From the NCBI GenBank assembly GCA_014360905.1, contig JACIWW010000004.1, positions 71,994 through 135,993 on the forward strand: 64,000 nucleotides of DNA, in the 5' to 3' direction. Numbering within the stretch: the stretch's first letter is position 1; each line of letters starts with the position of its first letter. Positions 1-10,473 of the stretch are shown piece by piece. Source of the DNA: Chloroflexota bacterium (GTDB taxonomy: Bacteria; Chloroflexota; Anaerolineae; UBA2200). The translations under genes and the position numbers were made by a program. The notes below the pieces were generated by a model. The model was not told the DNA's origin. It saw only the letters and a list, made by a program, of their open reading frames with translations, and searched no databases.

Positions 1-4
1 AGCC

Positions 5-1735
5 TTGTCCGAGCTTGCTCAGGTGGCAGTCGAGGGTGACAAAGAACTGGTAAGCGGTGGCGAGAATGTGGTTTTGGTGCTACCTGTGTTACAGCAATCT
101 GGTGGATTGCAGTACGATCAACAAGCAGATGAATATTGGTTTACCTACGAGGATGAGCAAGGTAGAAGTTGCCAGATTTGGTTGGAGAATGCAGCCAGTA
201 TGGATCGTAAGCTGCAGTTAATTGCTGACTACAACGTGCGTGGCTTGATCTTCGAAGATTTGCTGAACACACAGAATGATCAGCGCATATGGGATTTGGT
301 AGCGCATTTTAAGGAATTGCACATCCCGTCCATGGAGAGCGATTTCACCGTTGTTTGGACGGTAAAGGATCCCGCGGGTGGGGAATCCAGCCTTGAGAGC
401 TCTCTGTTGGAGGGGCAAGGGGAAGGGCCTTCTAGCGAGAGCAGCAAAGTGGCAAGCCAAGGGCTTACTGGTTCGAGTTACGTCTGGGAAGCCCCTGCGA
501 CACCGGGCAGTTATTTCATCGCGGCGGCTATTTCCGACGATGGCGGACGCACAACAAACGTGCGTAGCAATGACATTAGCCTGCTGGTTCCCAGCCCAAC
601 TCCTACACCTACACCAACTCCCACGCCTGCGCCAACGCCTACACCTACACCGAAACCAACGTCGAAGCCACAGGCAGTCTCAGCTGCTCCGAGTCGCGGG
701 CCAGGCTTTGACTATGGCATCCAGGGGGATGCGATTACCGATGCAGATCATGGTCGGCTTTTTGGGCTGATCCATCAATTAGGCTTTCGTTGGTACAAGC
801 AGCAAGTGGAGTGGTTCCGCTACAATCCTGCACCCGGACAATATGATTGGGGAGCGCTGGATCGTATCGTGGACAGTGCGAATGCTGCGGGCATCAAGTT
901 GCTATTCAGCGTGGTCAAGGCCCCAAAATGGGCTCGCCCGCCTGAAGATACCGATGAAGGCCCACCGGCTGATCCAAATACTTTTGGGACTTTCCTACGC
1001 GAAATGGCAGCTCGCTACAAAGGGCGCGTGCAAGCCTATGAAATCTGGAACGAACAAAACCTGTATTACGAATGGGGTGGCTTGGGGGGTAAGCTCAATG
1101 CGCGGAAGTACGTCGAGCTTTTGAAGGTGGCGTACCAGGCTATCAAGTCTGTGGATCCTAATGCCACTGTAGTGTCAGGGGCACTTACGCCAACGGGCTA
1201 CAATGATGGGAACATTGCCATTGATGACCGCATCTATTTGGAGCAGATGTATCAAGCGGGCTTAAAGAACTACTGCGATGCGATAGGTGCACATCCCAGT
1301 GGTTACAACAACCCGCCAGATGTTAGGTGGGAGACCTATCAAGACCCAACCGCTACCTTTAATGCCAAGGGGCATCCCAGTTGGTTCTTCCGGGGTACGA
1401 TGGAGAGCTATCGGAATATCATGTTGAAATACGGCGATGGCGCAAAACGGATCTGGCCTACAGAATTTGGCTGGGCTTCTGTGGAGGGCTTGGGCGTGCG
1501 GCCCGCTACCGGTTATGAATACGCTGCGGACAACACAGAGATGGAGCAGGCACAGTTCATCGTTCAGGCCTATCAACTGGCTAAGAGCTGGGGCTGGGTG
1601 GGACCCATGTTCCTGTGGAACCTCAACTTTGGCCCCATTTGTGGGCCTCAGAATGAAAAGTCCGCTTTCGGGATTATCCGACCGGATTGGAGCATGCGTC
1701 CGGCATTTGCTGCTTTGGTCAATATGCCCAAATAG
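5..1735 (+). CDS. 5'-truncated multidomain glycoside hydrolase: GH18-like C-terminal segment, beta-rich spacer, Pro/Thr linker, clan GH-A (GH5/GH39-like) catalytic domain
   Basis: YWFTY...IWLENAASMDRKLQL resembles a GH18 C-terminus. (PT)n linker at about 593-665. Acid/base motif EIWNEQN and nucleophile motif PTEFGW. The frame is open at the window edge, so the true start is probably upstream. Confidence 0.75.
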   Translation: MSELAQVAVEGDKELVSGGENVVLVLPVLQQSGGLQYDQQADEYWFTYEDEQGRSCQIWLENAASMDRKLQLIADYNVRGLIFEDLLNTQNDQRIWDLVAHFKELHIPSMESDFTVVWTVKDPAGGESSLESSLLEGQGEGPSSESSKVASQGLTGSSYVWEAPATPGSYFIAAAISDDGGRTTNVRSNDISLLVPSPTPTPTPTPTPAPTPTPTPKPTSKPQAVSAAPSRGPGFDYGIQGDAITDADHGRLFGLIHQLGFRWYKQQVEWFRYNPAPGQYDWGALDRIVDSANAAGIKLLFSVVKAPKWARPPEDTDEGPPADPNTFGTFLREMAARYKGRVQAYEIWNEQNLYYEWGGLGGKLNARKYVELLKVAYQAIKSVDPNATVVSGALTPTGYNDGNIAIDDRIYLEQMYQAGLKNYCDAIGAHPSGYNNPPDVRWETYQDPTATFNAKGHPSWFFRGTMESYRNIMLKYGDGAKRIWPTEFGWASVEGLGVRPATGYEYAADNTEMEQAQFIVQAYQLAKSWGWVGPMFLWNLNFGPICGPQNEKSAFGIIRPDWSMRPAFAALVNMPK

Positions 1736-1781
1736 TGCGTCTGCATCAGCAACTTCGCAACCTGGCTGCAAAGACAGGTCG

Positions 1782-1812
1782 CAGAGCACGGGAGTTCCCC
1801 GTGCTCTGTTTG
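1782..1812 (+). terminator. Probable intrinsic terminator
   Basis: CAGAGCACGGG-AGTTC-CCCGTGCTCTG 11-bp stem followed by TTTG, downstream of the first GH gene. Confidence 0.55.
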
Positions 1813-1858
1813 TGCTCGGCCTATAAGTGAACGGTAAAATACGTGAAGGAGCATTTTT

Positions 1859-3262
1859 GTGACTGAGACAAGACCAACTGGCTTGCTTCCAAACCAAAGC
1901 AAAGGATCGGTAATTTTATGGCTTGCGCTTGCCATGGTGATCATTGGAGTGATAGGACTGATCTGGCTGCTGTTCTTCAACCAACCTGCCACGCCCTCCG
2001 TTCCCGTTGCTACCCGTACGCCACGCCCAACGTTTACCAGCGTGGCACAGGTAACTCAACCCACTTTGCTGCCAGCAACTGCTGCGCCTGCATCGCCTAC
2101 TGCAACACCGATGCAACCAACGGTAATACCTGCGTTGCCGACCATTACTCCTGTGCCACCGACGGCGACATCAGCGGGACCAACCCCAATACCTACGGCC
2201 ACCCCCTTGCCCCCAGTTCCACCGCCAAAGCCCATGCGCATGAACTCCCCCGAATATGGCATGCAGGCTTTCTTGTGGTGGCGCCCGGAGGTTGCCAGCC
2301 GGGATATGGGCATGATCAAGGAAGCCGGCTTTACCTGGGTCAAGCAGAATATTGGCTGGCGCGATGTGGAGGGAGCAGCCAAAGGCGTGTTCGATTGGAG
2401 CCGAGTGGATTGGATCGTGTATGAGTGTAACAAGCTCGGGTTGGACCTCCTGGTACGCATAGACCATCAACCTCAATGGGCTGGAGGCAATTTTCCAACC
2501 AATGGCCCACCCAATAATTATGCTGATTTGGGTGATTTTCTGTACACAATGGCCAGCCGATACAAAGGGCGTATTCGCGCCTACGAGATCTGGAATGAGC
2601 CCAATCTGGCCCGTGAGTGGGGCGGCCGTCCTCCTAATGCAGCGCAGTACGTGCGGTTGTTGCGGGAAGCATTTCGGCGCATCAAGCAAGCGGATCCGAC
2701 TGCGATGGTGATTAGCGCGGGACTGACACCAACAGGAACCTACTCTCCTGAAGCCACACCTGACGATGTCTATCTGGAGCAGATGTACCAGGCGATGGGA
2801 GGCAACAGCGATGGCTACTTTGATGTGTTGGGAGTCCATGCTGCGGGCTATAAGGCACCACCGGAGTTAAGTCCTGACGAGGCTGCACAGAACCCTTACT
2901 ATGGCGGTCAACGCTTCTTCTGTTTTCGACGGGTTGAAGATCTCCGCCGCATCATGGAGAAGTACGGCGATGCCGACAAACAAGTTGCTGTGCTTGAATT
3001 TGGTTGGACGAGTGACCCAATTCACCCTGACTATTCGTGGCATGCTGTCGATGAGGAGACGAAAGCAGATTATTTTGTGCGGGCATATAAATGGGCAAAG
3101 GAGAATTGGTCGCCCTGGATAGGATTGATGAGCCTCATCTACATCGCTGACCCGGATTGGACGCCAGACGACGAACAATATTGGTGGGCCATCTCTGAGC
3201 CTGGCTACCCAGAGTTTCGTCCACGTCCTGCGTACGTTAAGCTGAAAGCAATGCCGAAGTAG
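1859..3262 (+). CDS. Membrane-anchored clan GH-A (GH5/GH39-like) glycoside hydrolase with Pro/Thr stalk
   Basis: GTG start after AAGGAG. N-terminal TM helix, about 80-aa Pro/Thr linker, EIWNEPN and VLEFGW motifs. Paralogous to the upstream catalytic domain. Confidence 0.85.
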   Translation: MTETRPTGLLPNQSKGSVILWLALAMVIIGVIGLIWLLFFNQPATPSVPVATRTPRPTFTSVAQVTQPTLLPATAAPASPTATPMQPTVIPALPTITPVPPTATSAGPTPIPTATPLPPVPPPKPMRMNSPEYGMQAFLWWRPEVASRDMGMIKEAGFTWVKQNIGWRDVEGAAKGVFDWSRVDWIVYECNKLGLDLLVRIDHQPQWAGGNFPTNGPPNNYADLGDFLYTMASRYKGRIRAYEIWNEPNLAREWGGRPPNAAQYVRLLREAFRRIKQADPTAMVISAGLTPTGTYSPEATPDDVYLEQMYQAMGGNSDGYFDVLGVHAAGYKAPPELSPDEAAQNPYYGGQRFFCFRRVEDLRRIMEKYGDADKQVAVLEFGWTSDPIHPDYSWHAVDEETKADYFVRAYKWAKENWSPWIGLMSLIYIADPDWTPDDEQYWWAISEPGYPEFRPRPAYVKLKAMPK

Positions 3263-3307
3263 TTAGGACTCTTTACGTGGTGATCACGAGGCGAGTTTAC
3301 ACTTTCT

Positions 3308-3336
3308 TTGACAATAGAGGTCATCTGCGATATACT
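3308..3336 (+). promoter_or_regulatory. Sigma70-type promoter for murA-mreB
   Basis: TTGACA-17 bp-TATACT. Confidence 0.75.
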
Positions 3337-3412
3337 CATAGCTGGTGAAGTCCATTTGCACAGGAATGTCTTTCAACTAATTAGCTGACAATGTTGACAG
3401 CGTGGTGAGGGA

Positions 3413-4675
3413 ATGCGTATCGTAGTAGAGGGTGGTCATAAGTTAGAAGGCGAGGTATCCATTTCTGGTGCTAAGAACGCCGCTTTGCCCATTTTGGCAG
3501 CGACGTTGCTCACTCCCGATGAGTGTCTGCTGGAAAACTTGCCGGATATCGAAGATATCCGCACCATGATCGCATTGTTGCGCAGCCTGGGAGCTAATGT
3601 CAGGGTGGAGAGTGCCCACAGTGTGGCAGTCAAGACAGGGAATTTGACGCAGTCTTCTGTTCCGCCCGATCTGGCCACCAAGATGCGAGCCAGCTTCCTC
3701 ATTGTGGGTGCACTGCTGGGACGTCTAGGACAGGCTGAGGCACCTCATCCCGGTGGCTGTGCCATTGGTACCCGACCTGTTGGTGTTGACTTAAAGGGTT
3801 TTCAGGCGATGGGCACCAAGGTGGACCGTCTGAATGGCAATTATGCTCTGCGCGTACGTAAGTTGACTGGCGAGAGGATTTCTCTGGACTACCCCAGTCA
3901 CACGGGTACAGAGAACCTCATGCTGGCTGCATGCCTGGCAGACGGCACTACCATTATCGAGAATGCCTCTGTCGAGCCAGAAGTTGTTGACCTGGCTAGC
4001 TTTCTCAATGCGATGGGTGCGCGCATCTACGGTGCTGGTACGGGCATTATCCAAATCGAGGGTGTGCGTAGATTGCACGGTGCTGTTTATCGCGTGATGC
4101 CAGATCGTCTGGAAGCAGGGACTTTTGCCATTGCTGCCGCGATAACGAAGGGAGACGTAACCATCCAAGGGCGTGTTGCGCGATATTTGGGCGCTTTGAG
4201 CAGCAAACTCACCGAAGCAGGCATATTGGTAACTGCGGAAAAGGAAATATACCGAGTAAAGGGCCGCGAGCGCCTTTCCGCTATTGATATACAGACCTTC
4301 CCTTATCCAGGCTTTCCGACCGACTTGCAGGCTCCTACAGGCGCTTTGTTGACACAGGCGCATGGCGAGAGTTCAATCCATGAGACAATGTACGATGGCC
4401 GCTTACTGTATGCGGGTGAATTGCAGAAAATGGGTGCCGATATCAAAGTGGAAGGACAAACCGCCTTGATCAGAGGGCCAAGCAAGCTGCGAGGTTGTGA
4501 AGTAAGGGCATTAGACATCCGTTCGGGTGCTGCGGTGATCTTGGCCGCTCTTGTCGCAGAGGGGAAGACTGTGGTTTCGAACATGGGCTATGTAGACCGT
4601 GGCTATGAGGGAATTGACCAGAAACTGAATTCACTAGGAGCCAGGATTCAGAGGGTTGCAGAAGCTGGCCAATAG
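3413..4675 (+). CDS. murA: UDP-N-acetylglucosamine 1-carboxyvinyltransferase
   Basis: [23 protein letters not shown] (catalytic Cys loop), [21 protein letters not shown]. Confidence 0.97.
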   Translation: MRIVVEGGHKLEGEVSISGAKNAALPILAATLLTPDECLLENLPDIEDIRTMIALLRSLGANVRVESAHSVAVKTGNLTQSSVPPDLATKMRASFLIVGALLGRLGQAEAPHPGGCAIGTRPVGVDLKGFQAMGTKVDRLNGNYALRVRKLTGERISLDYPSHTGTENLMLAACLADGTTIIENASVEPEVVDLASFLNAMGARIYGAGTGIIQIEGVRRLHGAVYRVMPDRLEAGTFAIAAAITKGDVTIQGRVARYLGALSSKLTEAGILVTAEKEIYRVKGRERLSAIDIQTFPYPGFPTDLQAPTGALLTQAHGESSIHETMYDGRLLYAGELQKMGADIKVEGQTALIRGPSKLRGCEVRALDIRSGAAVILAALVAEGKTVVSNMGYVDRGYEGIDQKLNSLGARIQRVAEAGQ

Positions 4676-4707
4676 GTTTTTGCACTGATAGAGCAATAGG
4701 AGGTTGA

Positions 4708-5712
4708 ATGCTCACAAAGCAGATAGGCATTGATCTTGGTACAGTAAATGTGTTGGTATTTGTGCGCGGCAAAGGCATTGTGCTGCGTGAGCCTTCTGTA
4801 GTCGCCGTTTCTACCAATGACAGCCGTATTGTGGCTGTGGGTGAAGAGGCTCGCCTGATGCTTGGACGTACACCAGAAACGATTGAAGTGATACGTCCCA
4901 TGCGCGGGGGCGTCATCGCTGACTACGTCGTCACGGAAGCCATGCTCCGCTATTTCATTGCCAGGGTTTGTGGGCGTTTTCGTCTGCTCCGTCCAGAGGT
5001 AATGATTAGCGTGCCAGTGGGGGTTACGAGCGTGGAAAGCCGTGCGGTGAAGGATGCGGCTATCCAGGCAGGAGCCAAAACTGCTTATCTGATTCCAGAA
5101 CCACTGGCTGCTGCTCTTGGTGCTGATATGCCGGTTCATACTCCAACGGGCAACATGGTCGTGAATATCGGTGGAGGCATTAGTGAAGCAGCTGTTATAT
5201 CAGTCAATGGGATTGTCGTTGCGAACTCTGTTCGCGTCGGTGGTATTAAGATTGACGAAGCCATTGCAACTTATATACGACGCAAGTATAATTTGTTGGT
5301 CGGAGATCAAACTGCCGAGGAGATCAAGATTCGCATAGGCAGCGCGTTGCCCCTCGATGAGAAATTGAAAATGGAGATACGTGGTCGGGACCAGGTGACC
5401 GGTTTGCCTAAGACGATTACCATCAGCTCTGCTGAGATCACGGAAGCCATAGTCGAACCTCTGGCTGCTATCGCTGCCAGTGTGAAGGCAGTCCTAGAAA
5501 AAACCCCGCCTGAACTGGCTTCGGATATTATTGATCGCGGTATCGTTATGACTGGTGGAGGCGCATTGCTGCGTAACGTGGATCGTTTCTTGACTAAGGA
5601 GACTGGGGTGCCTTGTCACGTGGCAGAAGATCCATTGGCATGTGTAGCGATAGGTGCTGGGAAAGCTCTGGAACGGTACAATATATTGAAACGCAGTTTG
5701 CCTGCATTGTAG
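4708..5712 (+). CDS. mreB: Rod shape-determining protein MreB
   Basis: [48 protein letters not shown]; AGGAGG RBS. Confidence 0.96.
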   Translation: MLTKQIGIDLGTVNVLVFVRGKGIVLREPSVVAVSTNDSRIVAVGEEARLMLGRTPETIEVIRPMRGGVIADYVVTEAMLRYFIARVCGRFRLLRPEVMISVPVGVTSVESRAVKDAAIQAGAKTAYLIPEPLAAALGADMPVHTPTGNMVVNIGGGISEAAVISVNGIVVANSVRVGGIKIDEAIATYIRRKYNLLVGDQTAEEIKIRIGSALPLDEKLKMEIRGRDQVTGLPKTITISSAEITEAIVEPLAAIAASVKAVLEKTPPELASDIIDRGIVMTGGGALLRNVDRFLTKETGVPCHVAEDPLACVAIGAGKALERYNILKRSLPAL

Positions 5713-5784
5713 ATTCTGTCAGCACCCGTTGGGCCGGTGAAGCAGATATAGGGCTTGTGTACGTGCATCCTTGCATGTAGGGAG

Positions 5785-6417
5785 TTACATCTGTTCGAGG
5801 TTAAGATAATAGGTCATGCTCTGTAGGCCGATGACCGGGTCTATGTAATGTACTTGCACGCTAGGTGGCAGACGCAAAGGGATGGGGGCATAGCTCAAGA
5901 TAGCCTTGATGCCGGCATTGACTAGAGCGTCAGCGACGCCTTGAGCTTCGCTGGCTGGTACAGCAATGATGGCAATGCGTATCCCCTGCTCCTGAATTAC
6001 TTCGTGCAGCTTGGTAACATCGAGGACTTTCAATCTCCCAATCTGACGCCCGATTTTCTGCTTATCCTTGTCTAGGACAGCCGTGATTTCAAAACCACCT
6101 TCTTCAAAGCCGCTGTAGCGCATGATGGCTCGTCCGAGATCACCAGCACCGATCAAGGCTACCTTCCAGCGTTGGCTTACTTGCAAAATTTGCCGTAGTT
6201 GTTCCTGCAGGTGTTGGACACTGTACCCAGTCCCTTGTTTGCCAAACTCGCCGAAATAGGACAGGTCTTTGCGTATCTGGGTGGAACTGATACCCAGCCT
6301 CTCTCCCATCTCTTGCGATGATGTCACAGTTTGTCCTTGTTCAGCCATCAAGTTCAGCGTGCGTAGATACAAGGGTAAGCGTCTGATAACAATCTCCGGG
6401 ATTTCCAAGGGATTCAT
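5785..6417 (-). CDS. rex: Redox-sensing transcriptional repressor Rex
   Basis: IPEIVIRRLPLY, QIRKDLSYFGEFGKQGTGY, GAGDLG Rossmann motif, GIKAIL. Confidence 0.96.
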   Translation of the reverse strand: MNPLEIPEIVIRRLPLYLRTLNLMAEQGQTVTSSQEMGERLGISSTQIRKDLSYFGEFGKQGTGYSVQHLQEQLRQILQVSQRWKVALIGAGDLGRAIMRYSGFEEGGFEITAVLDKDKQKIGRQIGRLKVLDVTKLHEVIQEQGIRIAIIAVPASEAQGVADALVNAGIKAILSYAPIPLRLPPSVQVHYIDPVIGLQSMTYYLNLEQM

Positions 6418-6634
6418 CGGTGCCTCCTGGAGCGTGATACATCTTCTCTAGTAGGGGTCTGTAGTATTATATATTTTAGCACAAATCTGGCATTTGCCCA
6501 AAATTAGGCGAGCTTCGCTAAATATGTTGCTTGTATCAAATGTGTTTGCTTCGTTCTGAGCTCTGACCGATGTACGGGAATGTTTACAAGGAATTGCCGC
6601 GGGATCAGTAGCAGCGCATGAGGAGGTGATGGGC

Positions 6635-7072
6635 ATGCCATTCAATTGCAGGGAGCATTTCATACGCCTGGTGGTGGGGGCCGCAATGCTCTGTATTTTG
6701 GTCAGTTGTAGCTCTACGGACCTACCTCCTGAAGGCAAAGACGCGCTAGATGAAGCCATTGCTCGACTGGCTGGTACGAAGGTAAGCTACAACATCGTAT
6801 CTGCTCAAAAAGCACCGGGAACACCAGGAGAACAGGTCGTTGTCCCCCAGCAGTCATCCAATACTGGAATCTTCGCCTGTCCACCTGATTCCGGCGATCG
6901 AGAAACCTGGTGCGTGGTGATTGGTCAGGAGGTTACAGACAAGATAGGACGCCATTACTCCCACTTCTTGCTCAGAAGACTGGGCAATTCCTGGTATGTG
7001 GAGGAACTGACCGAGGCAGAGGCGCGCCGTTTTGAGTACGTTGGCTGCAGCAACTGGAATGCCCAGCGTTAA
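6635..7072 (+). CDS. Hypothetical Cys-containing lipoprotein
   Basis: GAGGAGG RBS; hydrophobic signal ending LVSC (lipobox-like); no recognisable family. Confidence 0.65.
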   Translation: MPFNCREHFIRLVVGAAMLCILVSCSSTDLPPEGKDALDEAIARLAGTKVSYNIVSAQKAPGTPGEQVVVPQQSSNTGIFACPPDSGDRETWCVVIGQEVTDKIGRHYSHFLLRRLGNSWYVEELTEAEARRFEYVGCSNWNAQR

Positions 7073-7079
7073 AAACCGA

Positions 7080-8675
7080 TTACGTGCCGAACTTCATGTC
7101 AGGCGGGCTGTATGCTCGTGTCCAGATATCAGCATATGCAGCAACTTCTGCTTCCCACCGTTCATCGCCCCAAGCTAATTCTGGCTGGACGATGGCGCGA
7201 ATGCGCTCCATAAGAGGCAGCGCACCGTGTGGCAAAAGCAGACCAATGCGCACCCGTCGCAGTAGTAGATCATCCAGATGGACCACTCCTTCATGGCGCG
7301 CTGCCCAGCGCAGCTCGGCCCATAGCGTATCTGTTTCTGGGATAATATCCAACTCATCGGGTTTAGCTGCTGCTACAAGTGCCGCAGCATGCATACCATA
7401 GCGCCCTAAAAGGCGTTGGCGTGCATACGTGTCCAGCTTTGTGGAGCCATTTAGGTCGGGTGGCACCGGATCAAACATGGGAGCATGGCCATCGGGATTG
7501 GGCATCGCGGACCAGACACGTTGCGCTGTGCGCAGTGCGTCCAATGCCATCGGACGGAAGGTGGTCAGCTTACCCCCAGTGATCGTAACCAGCCCATTCT
7601 CCTCTAAGACAATGTGGGCACGCGATTCTTTGTGTGGATCCACCCCTTTTCCCGAGGCAACGATAGGGCGTACCCCAGAGAAGGTCGCCATGATATCCTT
7701 TGTCTGCAGACGCAAAGACGGGAATTTGGCTTCCAATGCCTCCATAATGTATTCGATCTCGTTGGATTCCACACGGGGTTCTTCGTCAAGCGGCTGCCTG
7801 TGATCCAGATCTGTGGTCCCGGCAAGTGCAGCTCCCTCCCAGGGGAGGACGAATACAGGGCGCTTGTCGCGAGGATGAACGAGGGTGATCGCCTGTGCCA
7901 CAGGCAGGCGCCAGGCAGGAAAAAGGAGATGGCTGCCACGCGAGGGGCGAATGCGCGGTTGTCCACCCACCTGAGTGCGTAACTGGTCGGCCCAGGCACC
8001 TGTCGCACTGATTACCACTCGCGCCTCTAGCTCCAGCGTGCGTTCAGTCAGCCTGTCACGCACCACCACTCCCCTCACTTTTCCGTCATGTCCTAAAAGC
8101 AAGTGTTCTGCTGCGGCATAATTCAGAGCGACACCCCCAGCATCTACTGCTTCAAGGATAAGTCGCAATACAAGCCGTGCGTCATCCGTCACGGCGTCGA
8201 AGTAACGGTATCCACCCTTGAGCCTTTCTCGATTGATATGGGGCGCAAGCATGAGAAAATCATCGCCTTTGTAATAGCGATGCGCCCATTTGTGCCCAAA
8301 CAAATCGTATGCTGCCAGCCCGATAGCTGCAGTGCTGTGGCTTGGGGACTCTCCTCGATAGATCCCAAACAGAAAACCTAGGGGATTAATCAGCCCTGGA
8401 GCCTGGTTCATCAGCCATTCTCGCTCCCGCACGGCTTGGCGTGTTACGCTATACTGTCCCTGCGCCAGATAGCGGAGACCACCGTGAACCAGTTTGGTCG
8501 AACGGCTGGAAGTGCCCCAGGCGAAATCATTCTTCTCAATAAGCAGCGTGCGCAGGTGCAGATGTGTTGCCTGGCGTAGAATACCTGCACCTGTGATACC
8601 GCCCCCAATAACGATGAGATCCCAGGGCTGATCGAGTTGGGACCAGACATCGTTGCGCCAATCACCTTGCCACAT
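7080..8675 (-). CDS. FAD-dependent glycerol-3-phosphate dehydrogenase/oxidase family protein (GlpD-like)
   Basis: IVIGGGITGAG, DFAWGTSSRSTKLVHGGLRYL, TDDARL, GVRP, ITGGKLTTFR. Confidence 0.9.
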   Translation of the reverse strand: MWQGDWRNDVWSQLDQPWDLIVIGGGITGAGILRQATHLHLRTLLIEKNDFAWGTSSRSTKLVHGGLRYLAQGQYSVTRQAVREREWLMNQAPGLINPLGFLFGIYRGESPSHSTAAIGLAAYDLFGHKWAHRYYKGDDFLMLAPHINRERLKGGYRYFDAVTDDARLVLRLILEAVDAGGVALNYAAAEHLLLGHDGKVRGVVVRDRLTERTLELEARVVISATGAWADQLRTQVGGQPRIRPSRGSHLLFPAWRLPVAQAITLVHPRDKRPVFVLPWEGAALAGTTDLDHRQPLDEEPRVESNEIEYIMEALEAKFPSLRLQTKDIMATFSGVRPIVASGKGVDPHKESRAHIVLEENGLVTITGGKLTTFRPMALDALRTAQRVWSAMPNPDGHAPMFDPVPPDLNGSTKLDTYARQRLLGRYGMHAAALVAAAKPDELDIIPETDTLWAELRWAARHEGVVHLDDLLLRRVRIGLLLPHGALPLMERIRAIVQPELAWGDERWEAEVAAYADIWTRAYSPPDMKFGT

Positions 8676-8760
8676 TGTTATGCTCCTAAAAATGGATTCA
8701 GGTACGGGATGCCCAAAAACGTGCTACAGCGCAGCCAGCATCCCCATCATTCCTATGCTT

Positions 8761-10362
8761 CTATTGCTCAATCAGTTTCTTAGGGTTCATGATACCATCT
8801 GGGTCAAAGCATTGGCATAGAGCGTGCAATGCCGTCATGCCCAATGCGCCCTTCTCCGCAGCAAGATAGGGCAAATGGTCAGTGCCGATGCCATGCTGAT
8901 GAGTGATCGTTCCACCGGCCGCTACAATCGCTTTGCTGGCCGCTGTTTTCAAAACTTGCCAGCGGCGCAATGTTTCCTCAGGGTCACCACTCTCAGGGAT
9001 GCGGTAGAGATAGGTGGTATAGACATTAGAGCCCCATGGATAGGTGTGAGAGAGATGGCTAAACACAAGCACTCGCTCTCCAACATCCTGCAATCCATTG
9101 CGCAGAGCTTGTTCAATCACCTCAACCATGTGGGTGATGTTGCTCCATTGCGTGGCAGTTTCCAAGGTATCGAGGGCGTAGCCCATCTCCCATAGGGTAT
9201 TGCGCAAATACGGTGTGCGGAACCTGCTCTTGCGCCACTGATTGCCAAAGAGCTGTCCGAGGTGCATACCGCGGTATTTCCTGGCCACGGCCAGTGCTTC
9301 CTCGCGGCCGAGCCGCACTGACGTGGTGCTTCCTGTGATGCCTATGATGAGCATACAGCGCTGCTCACCAACTCCGCGCAGCCGCAGCAACTCCTTGAGC
9401 AGGCGAATAACTCGTTCGTGACCAGCTAGTGCGAGCGTTGTTTCGGTCTCAAGGGGTGTGCTCAAGCGCAGCATGGATAGCGGAAGCCGCGCTTGCATCA
9501 TCTCACGCACTGCTTCCTGACCCTGCCCAAAGTCTGGGAAAAAGACTGCGCGAAATTCTTCACACTCCGGTAACTTCCTGACGCGTACGGTTGCTTCGGT
9601 AAGGATGCCCAATCGTCCTTCAGAGCCAAGCACAATCTCACGCAAATCTGGCCCAGCTGCCGAGGCAGGGAATGGAGGCAAGATCATGGTGCCAGCAGGG
9701 GCTTCTAGTCGTCCTCCAGCGAACATCGCCTCTATCCGGCCATAGCCCAGTGATTGCTGGCCATTCGAACGGGTGACGATCCAGCCGCCAAGACTGGACA
9801 GTTCGAAGGACTGTGGAAAATGCCCCAGAGTAAAGCCGCGTGCTCGAAGCTGTGCCTCTAAATCAGGGCCGAAAACGCCTGCTCCAAAAGTAGCTAGGTG
9901 GCTGATCTCGTCGAAATGCAGCAATCGGTTCATTCTGCCCAAATCCACAGTCAGTACTGGCGCGTCTCCAGGTAAGACATTGATATGCCCAACCACGCTG
10001 GTTCCCCCACCGTAGGGAATCAGATGGGCTCCAACGCGGGACGCGTAGGCGAGTAGCTCTCTGACTTGATCATTCGTGGTGGGATAAGCCACTCCGTCGG
10101 GAAAGGCTGGAATACGCCCACTGCGCAGGGCAATCCAATCCGGCAGGCTCTGGCCACGAGCATGGTATACACGCTCGAGCGGGTCTGTGTTCACTAGGGG
10201 ATGGGGTGGCAGGCGGGAGTCAGGTACTGAGGCAATTACCTTATCTAAAGTAGCATCACGAGGTGGTGAAGCTGGCCCAATCCTTTCTTGCAAGAAAGGT
10301 ACTGCTGAATCCGGCAAGGGATAGACAAACGTCTCATCGCCCCATCCATTCCATCGTCTCAT
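8761..10362 (-). CDS. FAD-binding oxidoreductase, alkyl-dihydroxyacetonephosphate synthase-like (VAO/PCMH fold)
   Basis: MRRWNGWG start, PYGGGTSV, GHFPQSFELSSLGGW, AGPDLR..LGSEGRLG, HLSHTY, THQHGIG, DPDGIMNP. Confidence 0.88.
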   Translation of the reverse strand: MRRWNGWGDETFVYPLPDSAVPFLQERIGPASPPRDATLDKVIASVPDSRLPPHPLVNTDPLERVYHARGQSLPDWIALRSGRIPAFPDGVAYPTTNDQVRELLAYASRVGAHLIPYGGGTSVVGHINVLPGDAPVLTVDLGRMNRLLHFDEISHLATFGAGVFGPDLEAQLRARGFTLGHFPQSFELSSLGGWIVTRSNGQQSLGYGRIEAMFAGGRLEAPAGTMILPPFPASAAGPDLREIVLGSEGRLGILTEATVRVRKLPECEEFRAVFFPDFGQGQEAVREMMQARLPLSMLRLSTPLETETTLALAGHERVIRLLKELLRLRGVGEQRCMLIIGITGSTTSVRLGREEALAVARKYRGMHLGQLFGNQWRKSRFRTPYLRNTLWEMGYALDTLETATQWSNITHMVEVIEQALRNGLQDVGERVLVFSHLSHTYPWGSNVYTTYLYRIPESGDPEETLRRWQVLKTAASKAIVAAGGTITHQHGIGTDHLPYLAAEKGALGMTALHALCQCFDPDGIMNPKKLIEQ

Positions 10363-10473
10363 ACGGGTTACCTCCTTTGGCAGCCTTGCTCCTTTGCTAA
10401 ATTATAATGTTCAAGCCCGTCTTGACCGCGGACGGGTATGCGAGGCTTTTGTTTTTGTTCCTGCTAAACTGAC

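Noticed and set aside
593-665. Short tandem repeats as CRISPR or VNTR
   Set aside because: They are synonymous-variable codons of a Pro/Thr linker, with no repeat-spacer structure.
6418-6634. Rex operator upstream of rex
   Set aside because: Only a half-site-like TTGTG/CACAA is present; no convincing TTGTGAA-N4-TTCACAA palindrome by eye.
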